64,000 nucleotides of DNA. Origin: Eledone cirrhosa. Lineage: Eukaryota. Under the pieces are notes generated by a model that saw only the letters and a program-made list of their open reading frames with translations, was not told the origin of the DNA and did no database searches. Below are positions 15,743-31,953 of the stretch, piece after piece (positions within the stretch are counted from its first letter, which is position 1; each line of letters begins with the position of its first letter). The translations under genes and the position numbers were made by a program. Location: assembly GCA_964016885.1 (NCBI GenBank), contig OZ024740.1, positions 370,574,001-370,638,000 on the forward strand, read 5' to 3'.

Positions 15743-15829
15743 TTAAAATGATTGGAAATGTATACCATGCCTTCGGATCTTTATTTTGATATATATATAT
15801 ATTATAAAAATGCACTCAAGTATTTTAAT

Positions 15830-15963
<134 letters not shown>

Positions 15964-15986
15964 TGAATGCACTCAAGTATTTTAAT

Positions 15987-16070
<84 letters not shown>

Positions 16071-16073
<3 letters not shown>

Positions 16074-16490
16074 GAATGTATATATAGTGTATTTTACAAT
16101 ACACTGTATGCTTAATTAAAAGCATTTTGAAGACCATACGCTATTGTTTTAAAGTAGTGACAATATCACTTACTTGAATTTTCAGAGCACCAATTCTAAT
16201 TTTCAACTTCTGCTGGAGCGGCGACCGTTCTGTATAATCAGTTCCTGATTATTACTGGAATTCTATAAGAATCCAACACACATAATTTTCAGCAAATAGG
16301 AAGAGTATTGAGCTTTGATAAGTACCAACAAGTACGAAACAGAGCTCTGTCAGCTTATCTCCCCTGTGTGCTGAAAGTTTAAGTAAGTGACATTGTCACT
16401 ACTTTAAATCAATAGCATATGGTCTTCAAAATGCTTTTAATTAAGCATACAGTGTATTGCAAAATACACTATATATACATTCATATATAT
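16071..16490 (+). mobile_element. About 420 bp element with about 115 bp inverted termini and a central hammerhead
   Basis: 16071-16186 is the reverse complement of about 16370-16485; embedded in (TA)n. Confidence 0.8.
16310..16356 (+). ncRNA. Hammerhead ribozyme, U3:A8 core variant
   Basis: gagct TTGATAA gtac-caacaa-gtac GAAA cagagctctg TC agctt. Confidence 0.8.
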
Positions 16491-16564
16491 ATCGCTATTT
16501 CAGAGCACCAATTCTAATATATATTTATATATGTATATATATATGTATATATTTATATATATAT

Positions 16565-16965
16565 ATAAAATAAAGTAAAATAAAAAGTCAAATGTTTAAA
16601 ATTTAGCTTCGTTTATTACTGCTATATATATTTCGGTGAGAGCCATCTTTGGCTGTGACCTCTTCAGGCAGTTCGAATTAGTTAGGTATAGACAAGTACA
16701 TATGTTGTTGAGGTGTATAATTTTGTCAATGCTCTGATATGCCCAGTTCCTGGTTGGGTTGTTATTTCTCTGAGGAAGGATAAGTGCGTCCAAAGATGGC
16801 TGTCACCGAAATATATATAGCAGTAATAAACGAAGCTAAATTTTAAACATTTGACTTTTTATTTTACTTTATTTTACATTACTCCGGAGTAACCAAACCA
16901 ACCTGCGCACTTCGTCGAGTGCTCCAGCCTGTATACTGAGGTGTTGGTATACAACCAACATATAC
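16565..16965 (-). mobile_element. Hammerhead element family E with inverted arm
   Basis: 16566-16652 is inverted at about 16790-16876; homologous to 11080-11445. Confidence 0.75.
16618..16672 (-). ncRNA. Hammerhead ribozyme
   Basis: Minus: actgc CTGAAGA ggtcacagcc-aaagat-ggctctcacc GAAA tatata TA gcagt. Confidence 0.85.
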
Positions 16966-17081
16966 TCAAAATATATATATATATATATATATGTAGGATG
17001 TGAGTTTTATTGTAGTACAATAAAGCAATGCAGATATCGGATAAGAAGCACTCTACAGTTTGTAGGACTGGAGTATACATA

Positions 17082-19257
<2,176 letters not shown>

Positions 19258-19732
19258 TGGTTGATGGCCAATTATCTTTAAATAATACACCACTCCAAAA
19301 ATCAATCAATATTTCTGGAACAAAAAGATATCTATTTAGCAAAATTATTATGTGTAAGTCATTCATGTTTCAATGTCGCTTCCATCACGTTTTTTTTGTG
19401 TCTTCTTAGCGATTTATAGTACAGAGTGCTGCAGTTCTTGTTGACGTTGTTGTTAGTGTTGCCGATATTTGGGATTGTTTTTCTTGTCATTGTCGTTCAT
19501 GTTGTTGCTATTTGTCGTTGTCAGTCGACATTGTTCCTGAACTTTATACATATATTCGTATTTCTTTGTCGTTGTTAGGAATATTTTTATTGTTAATGTT
19601 GCTTTGTTGTTGATGTTGTTTGATTTCATTCTTTTTGGTTTGGTTTTTATTATGAGTGCTATTAGTTTTCTATATCGTAGATATTAAATGTCGCCATGTT
19701 TCCATTTTGATTATTAATGATATATAAAAAGG

Positions 19733-19955
19733 TTGGATTGGCAGAATCGTTAGAGCATCGGATAAAATGCTTTGCAATCATTTAGTTGTTGCCCTTTATG
19801 TTCTGCGTTCAATTTCCACCGAGTTCCACGTTGCCTTTCACCCTTCCACTGAAGATAAAATAAATACCAGTTAAATAATGGAGTCGATATAATTGAATTG
19901 CCTCACACCACAAATTTTCAGGCCTTGTGCTTTGATTAGAAACCATCATTAATTA
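19733..19955 (+). mobile_element. tRNA-derived SINE, diverged copy of the main family
   Basis: tggcagaatcgttag A-box, gttcaatttcc B-box, gcctttcacccttc core, ggccttgtgc tail. Confidence 0.75.
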
Positions 19956-20088
19956 TAAGTAAGTATGTTGTGAAACAGCGATCGAGCTTGAAAAGAGAAA
20001 TAGAAGCTTTCGCCGAATTTTTTACTAAAGAAATTTTAGCCTGGTAGTGGGGTTTAGAACTCTCTAAAGAATAGAAAAAGATGAGTAT

Positions 20089-20155
20089 TGACAAACATGG
20101 GAGTCGAACCCACATCTTTAGTTATCTAGACCACTGTGCTACCATTACACAAACA
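20089..20155 (-). other. tRNA-like head (pseudo-tRNA or SINE 5' end)
   Basis: Minus: gtgtaatggtagcac...gtgggttcgactccca (A and B boxes); no complete cloverleaf. Confidence 0.45.
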
Positions 20156-20719
20156 CTGTTGATGTAGGGGAGGGCATAAGCCGTAGAATCCAACCAAAAT
20201 AGCATGAATGCGTTAGACGTTGTCACCTAACCAGTCTAGGTTCAGAACGTGACAACCTGTCTAAACTATCTGAGCATTCTTGTGCTATCAATGTAGTTGT
20301 ATATCATGAAATCATACAAGTCCATATCTTCGGAGAAAATATGAACAAGTGCAAATCCCAGCTAACCACATTCCTGGGCGGGAGAGACTGGAAGCGATGA
20401 AGTTTTCAGAAATTTGGAGTTGATACACAATAGAGGAGTGTTGGTTTATTACTGTTGGTGTAGTGTTAAATTATAATGTTTAGGGCTGCATCAGATGTAT
20501 CTTAAAAATTGTGTCTGTGTGTAAGTTTTTATGTCTGACGTTCTCACACCTCTTATACAACGAACATATGAGAAGGAATACTTAAACATCGCCATCTCAA
20601 TGATCGAGACCGGACTAATGTTAATGTCTGTACGGTTAACATTTTCACTGAAATCTTCACGTATATACATTTTATGTATGTGAAGACTACCTTTTAAAAA
20701 AGTAAGTTAATGTCTGTCC

Positions 20720-20960
20720 CAAGCCTAGAAGCGCATCAGGCTGATGTTTATCAGGTTTCATCGGCGTTGAGCCACTGAAAGTACAGACAGAGTGACTGCC
20801 AACCATAGGGTTAACCTTGATCTACTTCGATTTCTCATTTTCAGTGGACTAGAGCTTATTGAAATGAAGTGTTTTGCTCAAGAACACAAAACGCCATCCG
20901 GTCTAGGAATTGAACGCACGATTTTATCCGAACACCCTAAACTGTAGGCCACGCGCCTTC
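20720..20960 (-). mobile_element. tRNA-derived CORE-type SINE
   Basis: Minus: ggcgcgtggccta...gttcaattcc...gtgttcttgagcaaaacactt. Confidence 0.65.
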
Positions 20961-21794
20961 ACTGTGACTAACTAGAGAATCCAAATATCGTTTTCATTTC
21001 TACCCCATGACTCTCACAAACTACAGTCCTGTATAATTTGTCACTGGACATTTCAGAATGTACTTTGTTGTTTCTTTTGATGTCAGACATATATTCACTG
21101 TTAATGTAGATAAAGTATCCGGCAACAGATGGCCTATTATTTATACTTAAAGTAGGTTAGTAGAGAAGGAAACACAGTGACAGCATCCAGCATCAACATA
21201 ACAGAGAGTAAGATCGACGTAATAAATGCTCGTTCTTATAATCAAAACAACGACACACTGAGATTCCACGTTGACAGAACACAGAATAGATGATTATAAA
21301 AACAATATATTCAATCGCTTAGCACATTGATCTTACTACCACTCCCCAACAGACTAATTGATTAAAAAAACAAAGACCAATGAAAAATAGGATAATAATA
21401 AAAGATGGAAGTCTAATAACTACATGAAAATATATATACAGAAGAATCTGTTTGATAATTGTTTCTATTTTTTGGCACAAAGCCAGCAATTAACCAGTGC
21501 ATCACTGGTACTTGTTTTATCTGTTTGATAATGATAATAAACAAAGAATTCCACCATACATAGCAACAAAGGATACTGATTGACAAAGTTGGAAATTGAA
21601 GGTGTAAAGTCTGAGTGTTACAATTTAATAAATAACACAGTGAATAAAGAAGATAACAGTTATGCAGATGATAACAACTCTCAATCTCTTCACGCCGGGG
21701 AAACCGGGATATGTACCGACCTGATGAACCTCCAGGTTCGAGACAGACTTTAGACTTAGGTAGAGATAACAACAATTACTATTACAATAATAAC

Positions 21795-22322
<528 letters not shown>

Positions 22323-22329
22323 TCTGAGA

Positions 22330-23590
22330 TACTAAACCGGATTAAACTTGATCATAAATGCTACTGTAAGAAAATTAACCATCTCCTGTATATGGACGGT
22401 CTGAAGCTGTGCGCTGCAGATGAGAAATACTTTAAACACTACTAGAGACAGTACACAGATTCACAAGAGAAACAGACTTGAAATTTGGACTACAAAAATG
22501 TGCCAAGCGAGGAAAACTAAGGAAAAACTCTTTGATGCTAGATAAAGAAGCTGAAATTAGAAAATTAGATCAAACACAGATATACAAATACTTAGGAATC
22601 CATAAACTAGACAGGGTTTCAACTCATTCATGAAAGAAAGGATTAGAAAGGAATACTGTAGACAGATAGGTTACTAAAAACAGATCCAAAGGCAAAGAAT
22701 AAGGTAATATGAACTAGCGATCCCAGTAATAAACTAATTTCACCATTCTGAATTGGACACAATATAAACTAGCAGACTGGACAGAAAAACAAGAAATATA
22801 ATGACCGCATTTAAAATACACACCCCCAAATCTGATATAGAAGGATTATACCTAAAACGAACAAAAGGAGGGTGAGGTCTTAGGCAATTAGAAAACTATT
22901 ATAAAATAACAATAGGACTACAAAAATATCTAATGAAAAATACTGGGAAATTAATACAAATAGCTATGAAAAATAAACAAAACAAAAAATTGTTTTCCAT
23001 CTTCAATGAAACCGACAAATTCAAAACAGAAGCTGAATTGGAAGGTAATTATAAAGGAAATGAAAACACAGACGAAACAGCAAGAGGTAATGCAAAAGCA
23101 GATAGACTCCAAATTGAAAACAATATCTGAAAAAACCGAATAGATGGGATGTAGAAAAACAAAACTCACAAAACCGGTGAGGAAGCACTTGACTAAAAGC
23201 CGAGACTATAGGATTTCAAATTGCAGCACAAGGTCAAAACCTCCCCATCAGAAACCACCAAAAATATATAATGAAGTAGAATACATTAATTAACTGCAAA
23301 ATATGCGATGAAGGGGAAGATGAAAACAGAAACAATCCTTATAATGATAGGTGTACTGGGAATGATGAAAAAAAAACACATGGACAAATGAATAACCAGA
23401 ACCGAGGACTTACAAATATGCACAGCACAGAGAAAATAGGACTACTAGGCACTGCACATATATTACGAAAAATACTCTTATTACAATAGAAATAACAACA
23501 CTAAAACTAACACTGCACATACCTAAAGCACACAGCGCTGTGCTCGGTAATATAATAACAAATGCAATAAAAATAAAAATAATAATAATA
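22330..23590 (+). mobile_element. Degraded R4/Dong-type RLE non-LTR retrotransposon (3' part)
   Basis: INHLLYMDGLKL, KFGL.KCA, YKYLG, DIERLYL remnants; (AAT)n tail. Confidence 0.75.
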
Positions 23591-23594
23591 ATGC

Positions 23595-24170
23595 TGTCTA
23601 ACATTGGCACAAGGCCAAACATTTTGAAGGAAGGGAAAATCGATTATATTGACCCCAGTACTTAACTGTCTTTATTTTTATTTTAACGACCTCGGAAGAA
23701 CGAAACACAAAGTTGACATGGGCGAGATTTGAACACTTAGCCTAGAAAGTCATAACTAAATGCCGCAAAGTATGTTGTTCGACCCCCTACCGATGCTGCC
23801 AATCAATCATCCTTTCCCTACAGACATGATAATTGTTTCTACATTTTGCACAAGGCCAGTAATTTTAAAAGAAGGAGAAAGTCGATTAAATCAAACCCAC
23901 TACGTTACTGGTATTTTATTTTATCGACCTCGGTGGGATTTGAACTCAGAAATGTAAAAGGACGTAACTAGATGTTGCAAAGCATGCTGTCTGACGTTCT
24001 ACCGATACTGCCAATCCATCGTCATCCTTTCAGGTGTAATAATATATCAACATTAATGTTGCTAATCCCGCCGAGGTTGACTTTGCCTTTCATCCTTACG
24101 GGGTCGATAAAATAAAGTACCAGTAATGCACTGGGTAATTGCTGGCCTTGTGCCTAAAGTAGAAACAATT
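23595..24170. mobile_element. Cluster of three SINE copies or fragments (two minus, one plus)
   Basis: ggcacaaggcc, gatttgaac and ctgccaat motifs on minus; gccgaggttgactttgcctttcatcc...agaaacaatt on plus. Confidence 0.75.
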
Positions 24171-24249
24171 AATGTTGCTAATAATCTTAACAGTACCAAT
24201 ATCTATTGCTATAATATTACATATTTCTTTGGCTATATATATATATAAA

Positions 24250-24375
24250 TATAGGAAAAGGTTCAGGGCCCCGACGGTAGAGCTCAAGCCGTTTCGACGG
24301 CTATTTCTGGACTCAAATAGCCGTCGAAACGGCTTGAGCTCTGCCGTCTGGGTCCTGAGCCTTTTGTCCTATGGT
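24250..24375. repeat. Fold-back family C palindrome
   Basis: gacggtagagctcaagccgtttcgacggctattt / aaatagccgtcgaaacggcttgagctctgccgtc. Confidence 0.85.
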
Positions 24376-24704
24376 TTACCGATCGATTGATGGTGAAATA
24401 TATTTCTTTAAAGAAATATATACAAGGAAGATTAATCATTTTAAAAGGTATCTATATTTAAAGTTCTAGTTAAACTTTAATTAGTTACCTACCTAGCTGT
24501 GTGTGCTTACACACTTTTACAAATTATTCCCTGTGATTGTTTCCTATGTTTATTTTATATATATATATATGTCAATCAATTTCTAGTTGATATAAAATGC
24601 TCGGATCTATTCATTGGAATCTTTGAGCATATTCTACAGTGGATATGGCGCATGTCCCTCGGACATGACATCCTTAATTTAATTTTGGATATATATATAT
24701 AGAA

Positions 24705-24855
24705 AGAAATCCGAAGAGTTCGGATCTAGCTGTCCAAACGGCCGGAGCTCAGCCGTAGGGGTCCTGACTCTTTTCCTATTACCCACTCTACTATCCTAAG
24801 TATCGAGAACTCTGGTGCGTTATGGTCCACCTGGTTCCTTACCACACTTTCTTTG

Positions 24856-24858
<3 letters not shown>
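24705..24858 (+). mobile_element. Family C element, diverged
   Basis: gagctcagccg..ggggtcc..cctattacccactctact..ggtgcgttatggtcca tail. Confidence 0.75.
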
Positions 24859-24938
<80 letters not shown>

Positions 24939-25022
24939 TACATATATATACATTTATATATATATACGGCTATATATATATATATATATATACATATATA
25001 ATTATACATATATATATATATG

Positions 25023-25077
<55 letters not shown>

Positions 25078-25078
25078 C

Positions 25079-25156
<78 letters not shown>

Positions 25157-26241
25157 GACACATATATATATATATAATAAAGAGAGACAAACACATATAT
25201 ATATATATATGTATATATACTTAATGAGCTGATATAGATGTCTCTTTGGCTATTGTATCCATATATTTGTCTGGTTACAATATTTATATATCACCTTGCC
25301 TAATATTTCTAACAGGAGAAGGGACTGTACTGAATCTTCGTCATTGTCTTGTCTACTATATTTTCTTTGACGTTGACCTCGTTGTGTAACAAGGGACAAG
25401 CTCCAGACAGGCTAAATTCATGAAAGCTTTCTACTTCGTAATTATTCATAATCAATTGACTTTAAGCTTTTAATGCCCGATCGAAATACATGAAGATAAC
25501 AAAATGCAGTGTCTCTTCTGTATGAATTCGAGCCTTATTTAAAACAAAAAGAAAGAACTATTGTATTTTATTAGTGTTAAGCCTCATTGTAACCCTTTCT
25601 ATGTTTATGTGACCATATCTTTATTGTTAATCTATAAATTCATCATCAAATTGTCATTGTTATTATTGTTTTTTTATTACTATGTCTTATCTTTAGCGTG
25701 AAAATTGGCACTAAATTTGGTTTTAATCTTTTTCATTTCTTCAAAGAGTGCTTCATAAACTTCTCTAACACTTTGAAGTATGTCTCTTTGATCTGGTTCA
25801 AACCTAACTCTGATTGTATTTACTTATTTGAACTTTTTATTGTATAAAACCGTACATTGCAGGAATATGTTGTTAAGAAGTTTTTTCGCAGCAACATAGG
25901 CAAGTGTTTTTTGGCCAATGCCTCGGTTTGACTAAAGATTTGAGAGTGAAATTTCATATACGAAAACTGTGTGCAAATTCTTTCGAGAGGCAAATTTCAA
26001 TTTCTGATGCCGCGTTTACCACGATATGACGGTATGATGGCTCCTCGTTGTTGAATGTAGTAGTTGAGGTTTTTTGCCTCCATTTTATTTACCGGAATAA
26101 ATTTTAAATATAGAATTTTGAGGTCTCCGATTGATTAGAGACGTGCAGATCCTGTTTCAGCACAGCTGGACATGGTTGTGCCAACACTTCTCGGACTGAA
26201 CAAAAAAAAAAATAATAATAATAATAATAATAATAATAATT

Positions 26242-27339
26242 TTGAGTATCACAGTTGAAACTCTTAAGGGGCAGGCCAAAAAACTAACCAACTGGAAATC
26301 ACCAGGCCCAGATGGTGTGCAGGGGTATTGGATTAAAAATATAACATCCCTCCACCCGAAACTGACAACCATGTTCAATGACTGCTTGATGTCAGGTGAG
26401 GTACCAGAGTGGTTGACAAAAGGTACCACAGTTCTGATAATGAAAGACCGAATCAAGGGTAATGATGTTACCAACTATAGACCTATCACATGTCTGTCCG
26501 TAATGTGGAAACTGTTGTACCTTCTTTGAGAAAACTGAATTTAGAGATCCACAGACATGGAACTGGTTGAAAAGAAGAGACCTTAAAAAGGCTACAGAAG
26601 GAATGTTAATGGCTGCGCAGGAGCAGGCCCTCAAAACGAAGTGGTTGAAACACCACATTTACAAGGAGGAGGCTAGCCCACTTTGCAGGATCTGTGGAGA
26701 GAGAGAGGAGACTGTGGCTCACATTGTATCCGAGTGTAAACACCTAGCCCAGACTCACTATAAGGGCTGGAGACATGATGTGATGGGCAGGGTGATCCAC
26801 TGGCACCTATGCAAAGTAAACAATTTACCACATTCTGAGAAGTGGTATGAGCATAATCCAGAGGCGGTGATAGAAAACGATCAGGTGAAGGTGCTGTGGG
26901 ATTTTAGGATACAGACGGACAAGAAACTGGAACACAATAGACCTGACCTGGTGGTTTTGGACAAAGAAAAAAGATCGTGCCTGATTGTGGATGTGGCCTG
27001 CCCATTCGACACGAGAATGCAAGAGAAAGAGAGGGAGAAAATTAACCGATACCAGGACTTAAAGTGGGAGGTAAAAAGGATTTGGAACTGCCATGAAGTC
27101 AAAGTGATCCCGATTGCCATAGGCGCACTAGGGACTATCTCAAAAAGTTTCCAGGGATGGTTAAAGAAAATTGGCCCCTTCACGCTTTTTGGAACGCTTC
27201 GAAAGGCATGCTTGCTGGGAACAGCAAGAACCCTCCGATACGTCCTGAATATCTGAGGCTGCAGGTAGTGGCTTGATATTCATCTCAACAAACTTTCCAG
27301 TTAACTAACATCAATGACTGAGACTCAAAGAGTAATAAC

Positions 27340-27395
<56 letters not shown>
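26242..27395 (+). mobile_element. R4/Dong-type RLE non-LTR element, internally deleted copy in (AAT)n
   Basis: [16 protein letters not shown], joined at about 26516 to CRIC..H..C zinc knuckle, RHD and HNRPD..D.ACP..K RLE; (AAT)n on both sides. Confidence 0.9.
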
Positions 27396-27396
<1 letters not shown>

Positions 27397-27929
27397 GCAC
27401 ATGGTGGATATATATCGTTATGGAATCGCTCCCGTAAGTTTTTGATTTTTACTTCTTTAAAACAACTGTGATAGAATAATTCTTATTACAAATGAAGTAT
27501 AAGATTACAGTTTTCATGCTCAGCACGCCATAACGCATCACTTTACGGCATAGGGTCCCAATATTCAATATTTAATATTTAATTTTGGATCAGAAATGTT
27601 ATAGTCGAAAAAGAGGAAAATAGCAAAATGGCTAAATAGCTAAATGGCTAAGTGGACAGACAGGCAAATAAGTACACCACCAGCACTACCTCCGGCACCA
27701 TCACCACTACCACGCCAAAAACTCTAGTCAAGTTGCCTCAACTTCTATTTCTACTTCAACTTCAACACCATCACTACAGTACTATGATCACATCACCACC
27801 ACCACCACTGCCTCATTATCGCTACCGCCGCTATTCTCTCCCACTACGTCCTGCTAAGTACTACTAGCACAGCACCACCACCACCACCACTGCCTCATTA
27901 TCACTACCACCGCTATTCTCTCCCACTGG

Positions 27930-30900
27930 AACGAGATTGGTCTATTTAAATTAGATGAACAAAAATTGGCCGGGCAGCCTCGGGTAATAAGAACTAATGG
28001 GTGGATAAGCGAGCTAGAACTGGAGGAACTGAGCAGAGAGATTAGATTGGAAATGGAGAGTGGAGTATGCCAGGCAAACGAGCCAGTGGGAAATGAAGGT
28101 GAAGAGGTTGAGAGAACGGAGGAACCATCCGAAGCAGACAATGATCTGAATGCTTAAATAAATAATACCTGGAACAAAGATACGGCCATTGAGGAGATGA
28201 ATGCTGACGGGCTAAGACAAGATTTGGTTGATATCCTAAACTTAGTGGTAGATGAATTGAACAATGATAGTGGGAAACCTATGAACCTAAGATTTGTAGA
28301 CAGGAAAAAGTTAAAAGAAACAACAGCTAAGGTAAACAAAGTCATCCCATACCTTGAGGCGAAGAGCCTTCACCAATGCAACAATATCCTCAGAGCAACA
28401 GCAAATGCGGTGAGGAAATTACTTGGCATAAAAGCGAGAGGAAACAACAAACAAGAAAGATCAGAACCTTGGTGAAAGAAACGACTGAATGGTCAAATCA
28501 GGGAAATGAGAAATGACATTGGAAAGCTTGAGTCCCTACTGAATGGGACACTAAAAAACATAGACACTAAAATAGACTGGAAATAAAGTACAAAACTAGG
28601 AGGAAAAATCTAAATATTTTCATAGAGGAACTGAAGCAACGCATTGTAGCAAAGAGTGCAAAAATTAGGCGATACGAGAGCAGAGTCAGTCAGTATAGAC
28701 AGAACCGCATGTTTGACAACAACCAGAAGATGCTGTTTGGACAGCTTGAAGGGAAAGAGAGAGGCAACGACTTGATCCCTGAGGCGGAACAAACTAAGAC
28801 ATTCTGGAGAGTAATATGGGAGCAGGATGTTAAACATAATGACCAGGCAGTGTGGATTGAGACAGTACAAAAGGAGATTAGTGAACAGGCACACCAACAA
28901 ACAGATTTGAGTATCACAATTGAAACTCTTAAGGGGCAGGCCAAAAAACTAACCAACTGGAAATCACAGGCCCAGGTGGTGTGCAGGGGTATTGAATTAA
29001 AAATATAACATGCCTCCACCCGAAACTGACAACCATGTTCAATGACTGCTTGATGTCAGGTGAGGTACCAGAGTGATGGACAAAAGGTACCACAGTTCTG
29101 GTAATAAAAGACCGAATCAAGGGTAATGATGTTACCAACTATAGACCTATCACATGTCTGTCCGGAATGTGGAAACTGTTGACAAGCATTATGTCTGAGG
29201 AAATCTACCATCACCTCCACACAAACAACTTGTTACCGGACGAACAGAAAGTATGCCGAAAGAAGTCTCGTGGTACAAAGGAACAGTTACTTATTGATAA
29301 GATGGTAATGAGGAATTGCAAGAGGAGACACACTGGTCTTGCCATGGGATGGATAGACTACAAAAAGGCATTTGACACGGTGCCTCATTCTTGGATCACC
29401 AAAAGCCTAGAGATCTTCAAGGTGGCAGATAACATCAGACAGTTGTTGGGCAAAAGTATGAAGTACTGGAAAACAGAGTTAACATCAGCTGGAGAATCCT
29501 TTGGAGGCGTGAAGATCAAGAGAGGTATCTTCCAGGGAGAAGTCTTTCCCCTCTGTTGTTTGTCCTTGACCTTATGCCCCTGACCATTATACTGCGAAAA
29601 GTGAGAGCAGGATACAAGTTGAGAAAGGGAGAGCTTACCATCAATCACCTCCTCTTCATGGACGATCTTAAGCTCTTCGGGAAGAGTTAGGAGTTGGATG
29701 TGCTTGTTGACACTGTCCGTATTTTCAGCAATTATATATGTATGCAATTTGGTATTAGTAAGTGTGGAGTCCTTGTGATGAAGAGGGGTAAATTGAACAG
29801 AATCAACGGAATCCAGGTACCAACAGGTGAGATGATAAAGGAAATTGACTCTGAAGAAGGATACAAGTATTTGGGTGTTCAGTAGGAATGCCATAAGTGC
29901 AGTAAATTCTCGAGCTGTGTCTATTATTAGGTACAGTGCGGGAATTCTGAGATGGAATGTTGCTGAACAAAAAGAAATGGATAGGAAGACTAGGAAGCTA
30001 TTGACTATCTACAACATGTTCCAAAAGAGGAGTCATGTCGATAGACTCTACTTAAGGAGATCTGAAGGTGGAAGAGCTCTTATCAGCATAGAGGACTGTG
30101 TTCAGATGGAGAAAAACAACCTACACAAATACGTGACTGATAGTAAGGAGCCAATGCTCAGAATTGTAGTGAAGGAGAAGACAATAGACCAGGGGATGTC
30201 CAAGGAGGAAATAACAACAAGGAGAAAGAGCAGCCTTCGTGAATAATCCCTTCATAGTACCTTCTTTGAGAAAACGAAATTCAGAGATCCACAGACATGG
30301 AACTGGTTGAAAAGAGGAGACCTTAAAAAGGCTACAGAAGGAATGCTAATGGCTGCGCAAGAGCAGGCCCTCAAAACGAAGTGGTTGAAACACCATATTT
30401 ACAAGGAGGAGGCTAGCCCACTGTGCAGGATCTGTGGAGAGAGAGAGGAGACTGTGGCTCACATTGTATCCGAGTGTAAACACCTAGCCCAGACTCACTA
30501 TAAGGGCTGGAGACATGATGTGATGGGCAGGGTGATCCACTGGCACCTATGCAAAGTAAACAATTTACCACATTCTGAGAAGTGGTACGACCATAAGCCA
30601 GAGTCGGTGATAGAAAACGATCAGGTGAAGGTGCTGTGGGATTTCAGGACACAGACGGACAAGAAACTGGAACACAATAGACCTGACCTGGTGGTTTTGG
30701 ACAAGGGAAAAAGATCGTGCCTGATTGTGGATGTGGCCTGCCCATTCGACACGAGAGTGCAAGAGAAGGAGAGAGAGAAAATTAACCGATACCAGGACTT
30801 AAAGTGGGAGGAAAAAAGGATTTGGAACTGCCATAGGCGCTCTAGGTACTATCTCAAAAGGTTTCCAGGGATGGTTAAAGAAAATTGGCCCCTTCACGCT

Positions 30901-31068
30901 TTTTGGAACGCTTCAAAAGGCATGCTTGCTGGGAACAGCAAGAACCCTCCGATACGTCCTGAATATCTGAGGCTGCAGGTAACGGCTTGATATTCATTTC
31001 AACAAACTTTCCAGTTAAATAACATCAATGACTGAGACTCAAAGAACAATAATAATAATAATAATAAT
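27930..31068 (+). mobile_element. R4/Dong-type RLE non-LTR element, near full-length, mutated
   Basis: [32 protein letters not shown] knuckle, PD..D..K endonuclease; (AAT)n tail; same family as the 26242 copy. Confidence 0.92.
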
Positions 31069-31331
31069 TGGCATAGGGCTCAAATATTCAATTTTGTATT
31101 AGAAATTTTATATTCAAAAAAGAAAATGGTTATAAATGGAAGAAAAACCCCTCTGTCTACACTAAATAGAACAGCCAAATAACGGCAATTTCACCACCAC
31201 AACCTAAATACACGACCTAGACCCCCCCCCCCCCCACCCCCACCCCTCTGTGTACACTAAATACAACAGCCAAATAACGGCAATTTCACCGCCACCAATC
31301 CCAGCAAAATACTTAATATTATTATCATATT

Positions 31332-31520
31332 GGCAGTATCGGTAGAGGGTCTGACGCCATGCTTTGTAGCAAAGAGTTACGGCCCTTTATGGTCTGAGTT
31401 CAAATCCCGCCGAGGTTAACTTTGCCTTTCATCCTTACGGGGTCGATAAAATAAAGCACCAGTATTACACTCGGATAATTGCTGGCCTTGTGCCAAAAGT
31501 AGAAACAATTATTATTATTG
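31332..31520 (+). mobile_element. tRNA-derived SINE (main family)
   Basis: ggcagtatcggtag...gagttcaaatcccgccgaggttaactttgcctttcatccttacggggtcgataaaat...agaaacaattattatt. Confidence 0.85.
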
Positions 31521-31953
31521 TATCTCAAGTTTTCTCAAAATGTTTAATCCAAATATTAAGGAAATATGTCAACATGTATATTAACCGCATAGATATACAA
31601 AAAGATCAAACAAACGCAGTACAGTAATAGCTACAGTCTATTCAACAGAATTCAGTAGCTACAATGCCATCACTACAGTACCACTATCCCATCACCACCG
31701 CCACCACTCCATCATTGCTACCACCACTATTCCCCCACTACCTTATGTTAACGTAAGGAGGGGGAAGCTGGCGGTAACATTAGACAAGGGAGAGGCTAAC
31801 AAAAGATATAAATAGACTGACTTAGTGACTCGGTCAAAAGTTAACGACTATGGCAATGAAGTTCCTCACCAACAATAGAAAAAGCCCAGCACCACCGGCA
31901 TAACCAACAACAACAACAGAGGCACCTTCAACCAAAAGTATATTATATTATTA

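Larger units (their letters stand above)
12488..15790 (+). mobile_element. 5'-truncated Penelope-like element, Naiad-type, inserted in (TA)n
   Basis: RT thumb, linker, GIY-YIG, then about 1.6 kb 3' UTR ending in a hammerhead; (TA)n at both ends. Confidence 0.85.

Noticed and set aside
20089-20155. Possible functional tRNA gene
   Set aside because: A and B boxes are present, but the acceptor and anticodon stems do not form a cloverleaf
21695-21760. CTGATGA acc-tcca-ggt motif resembling a hammerhead
   Set aside because: Followed by GAGA rather than GAAA, and no stem I can be formed
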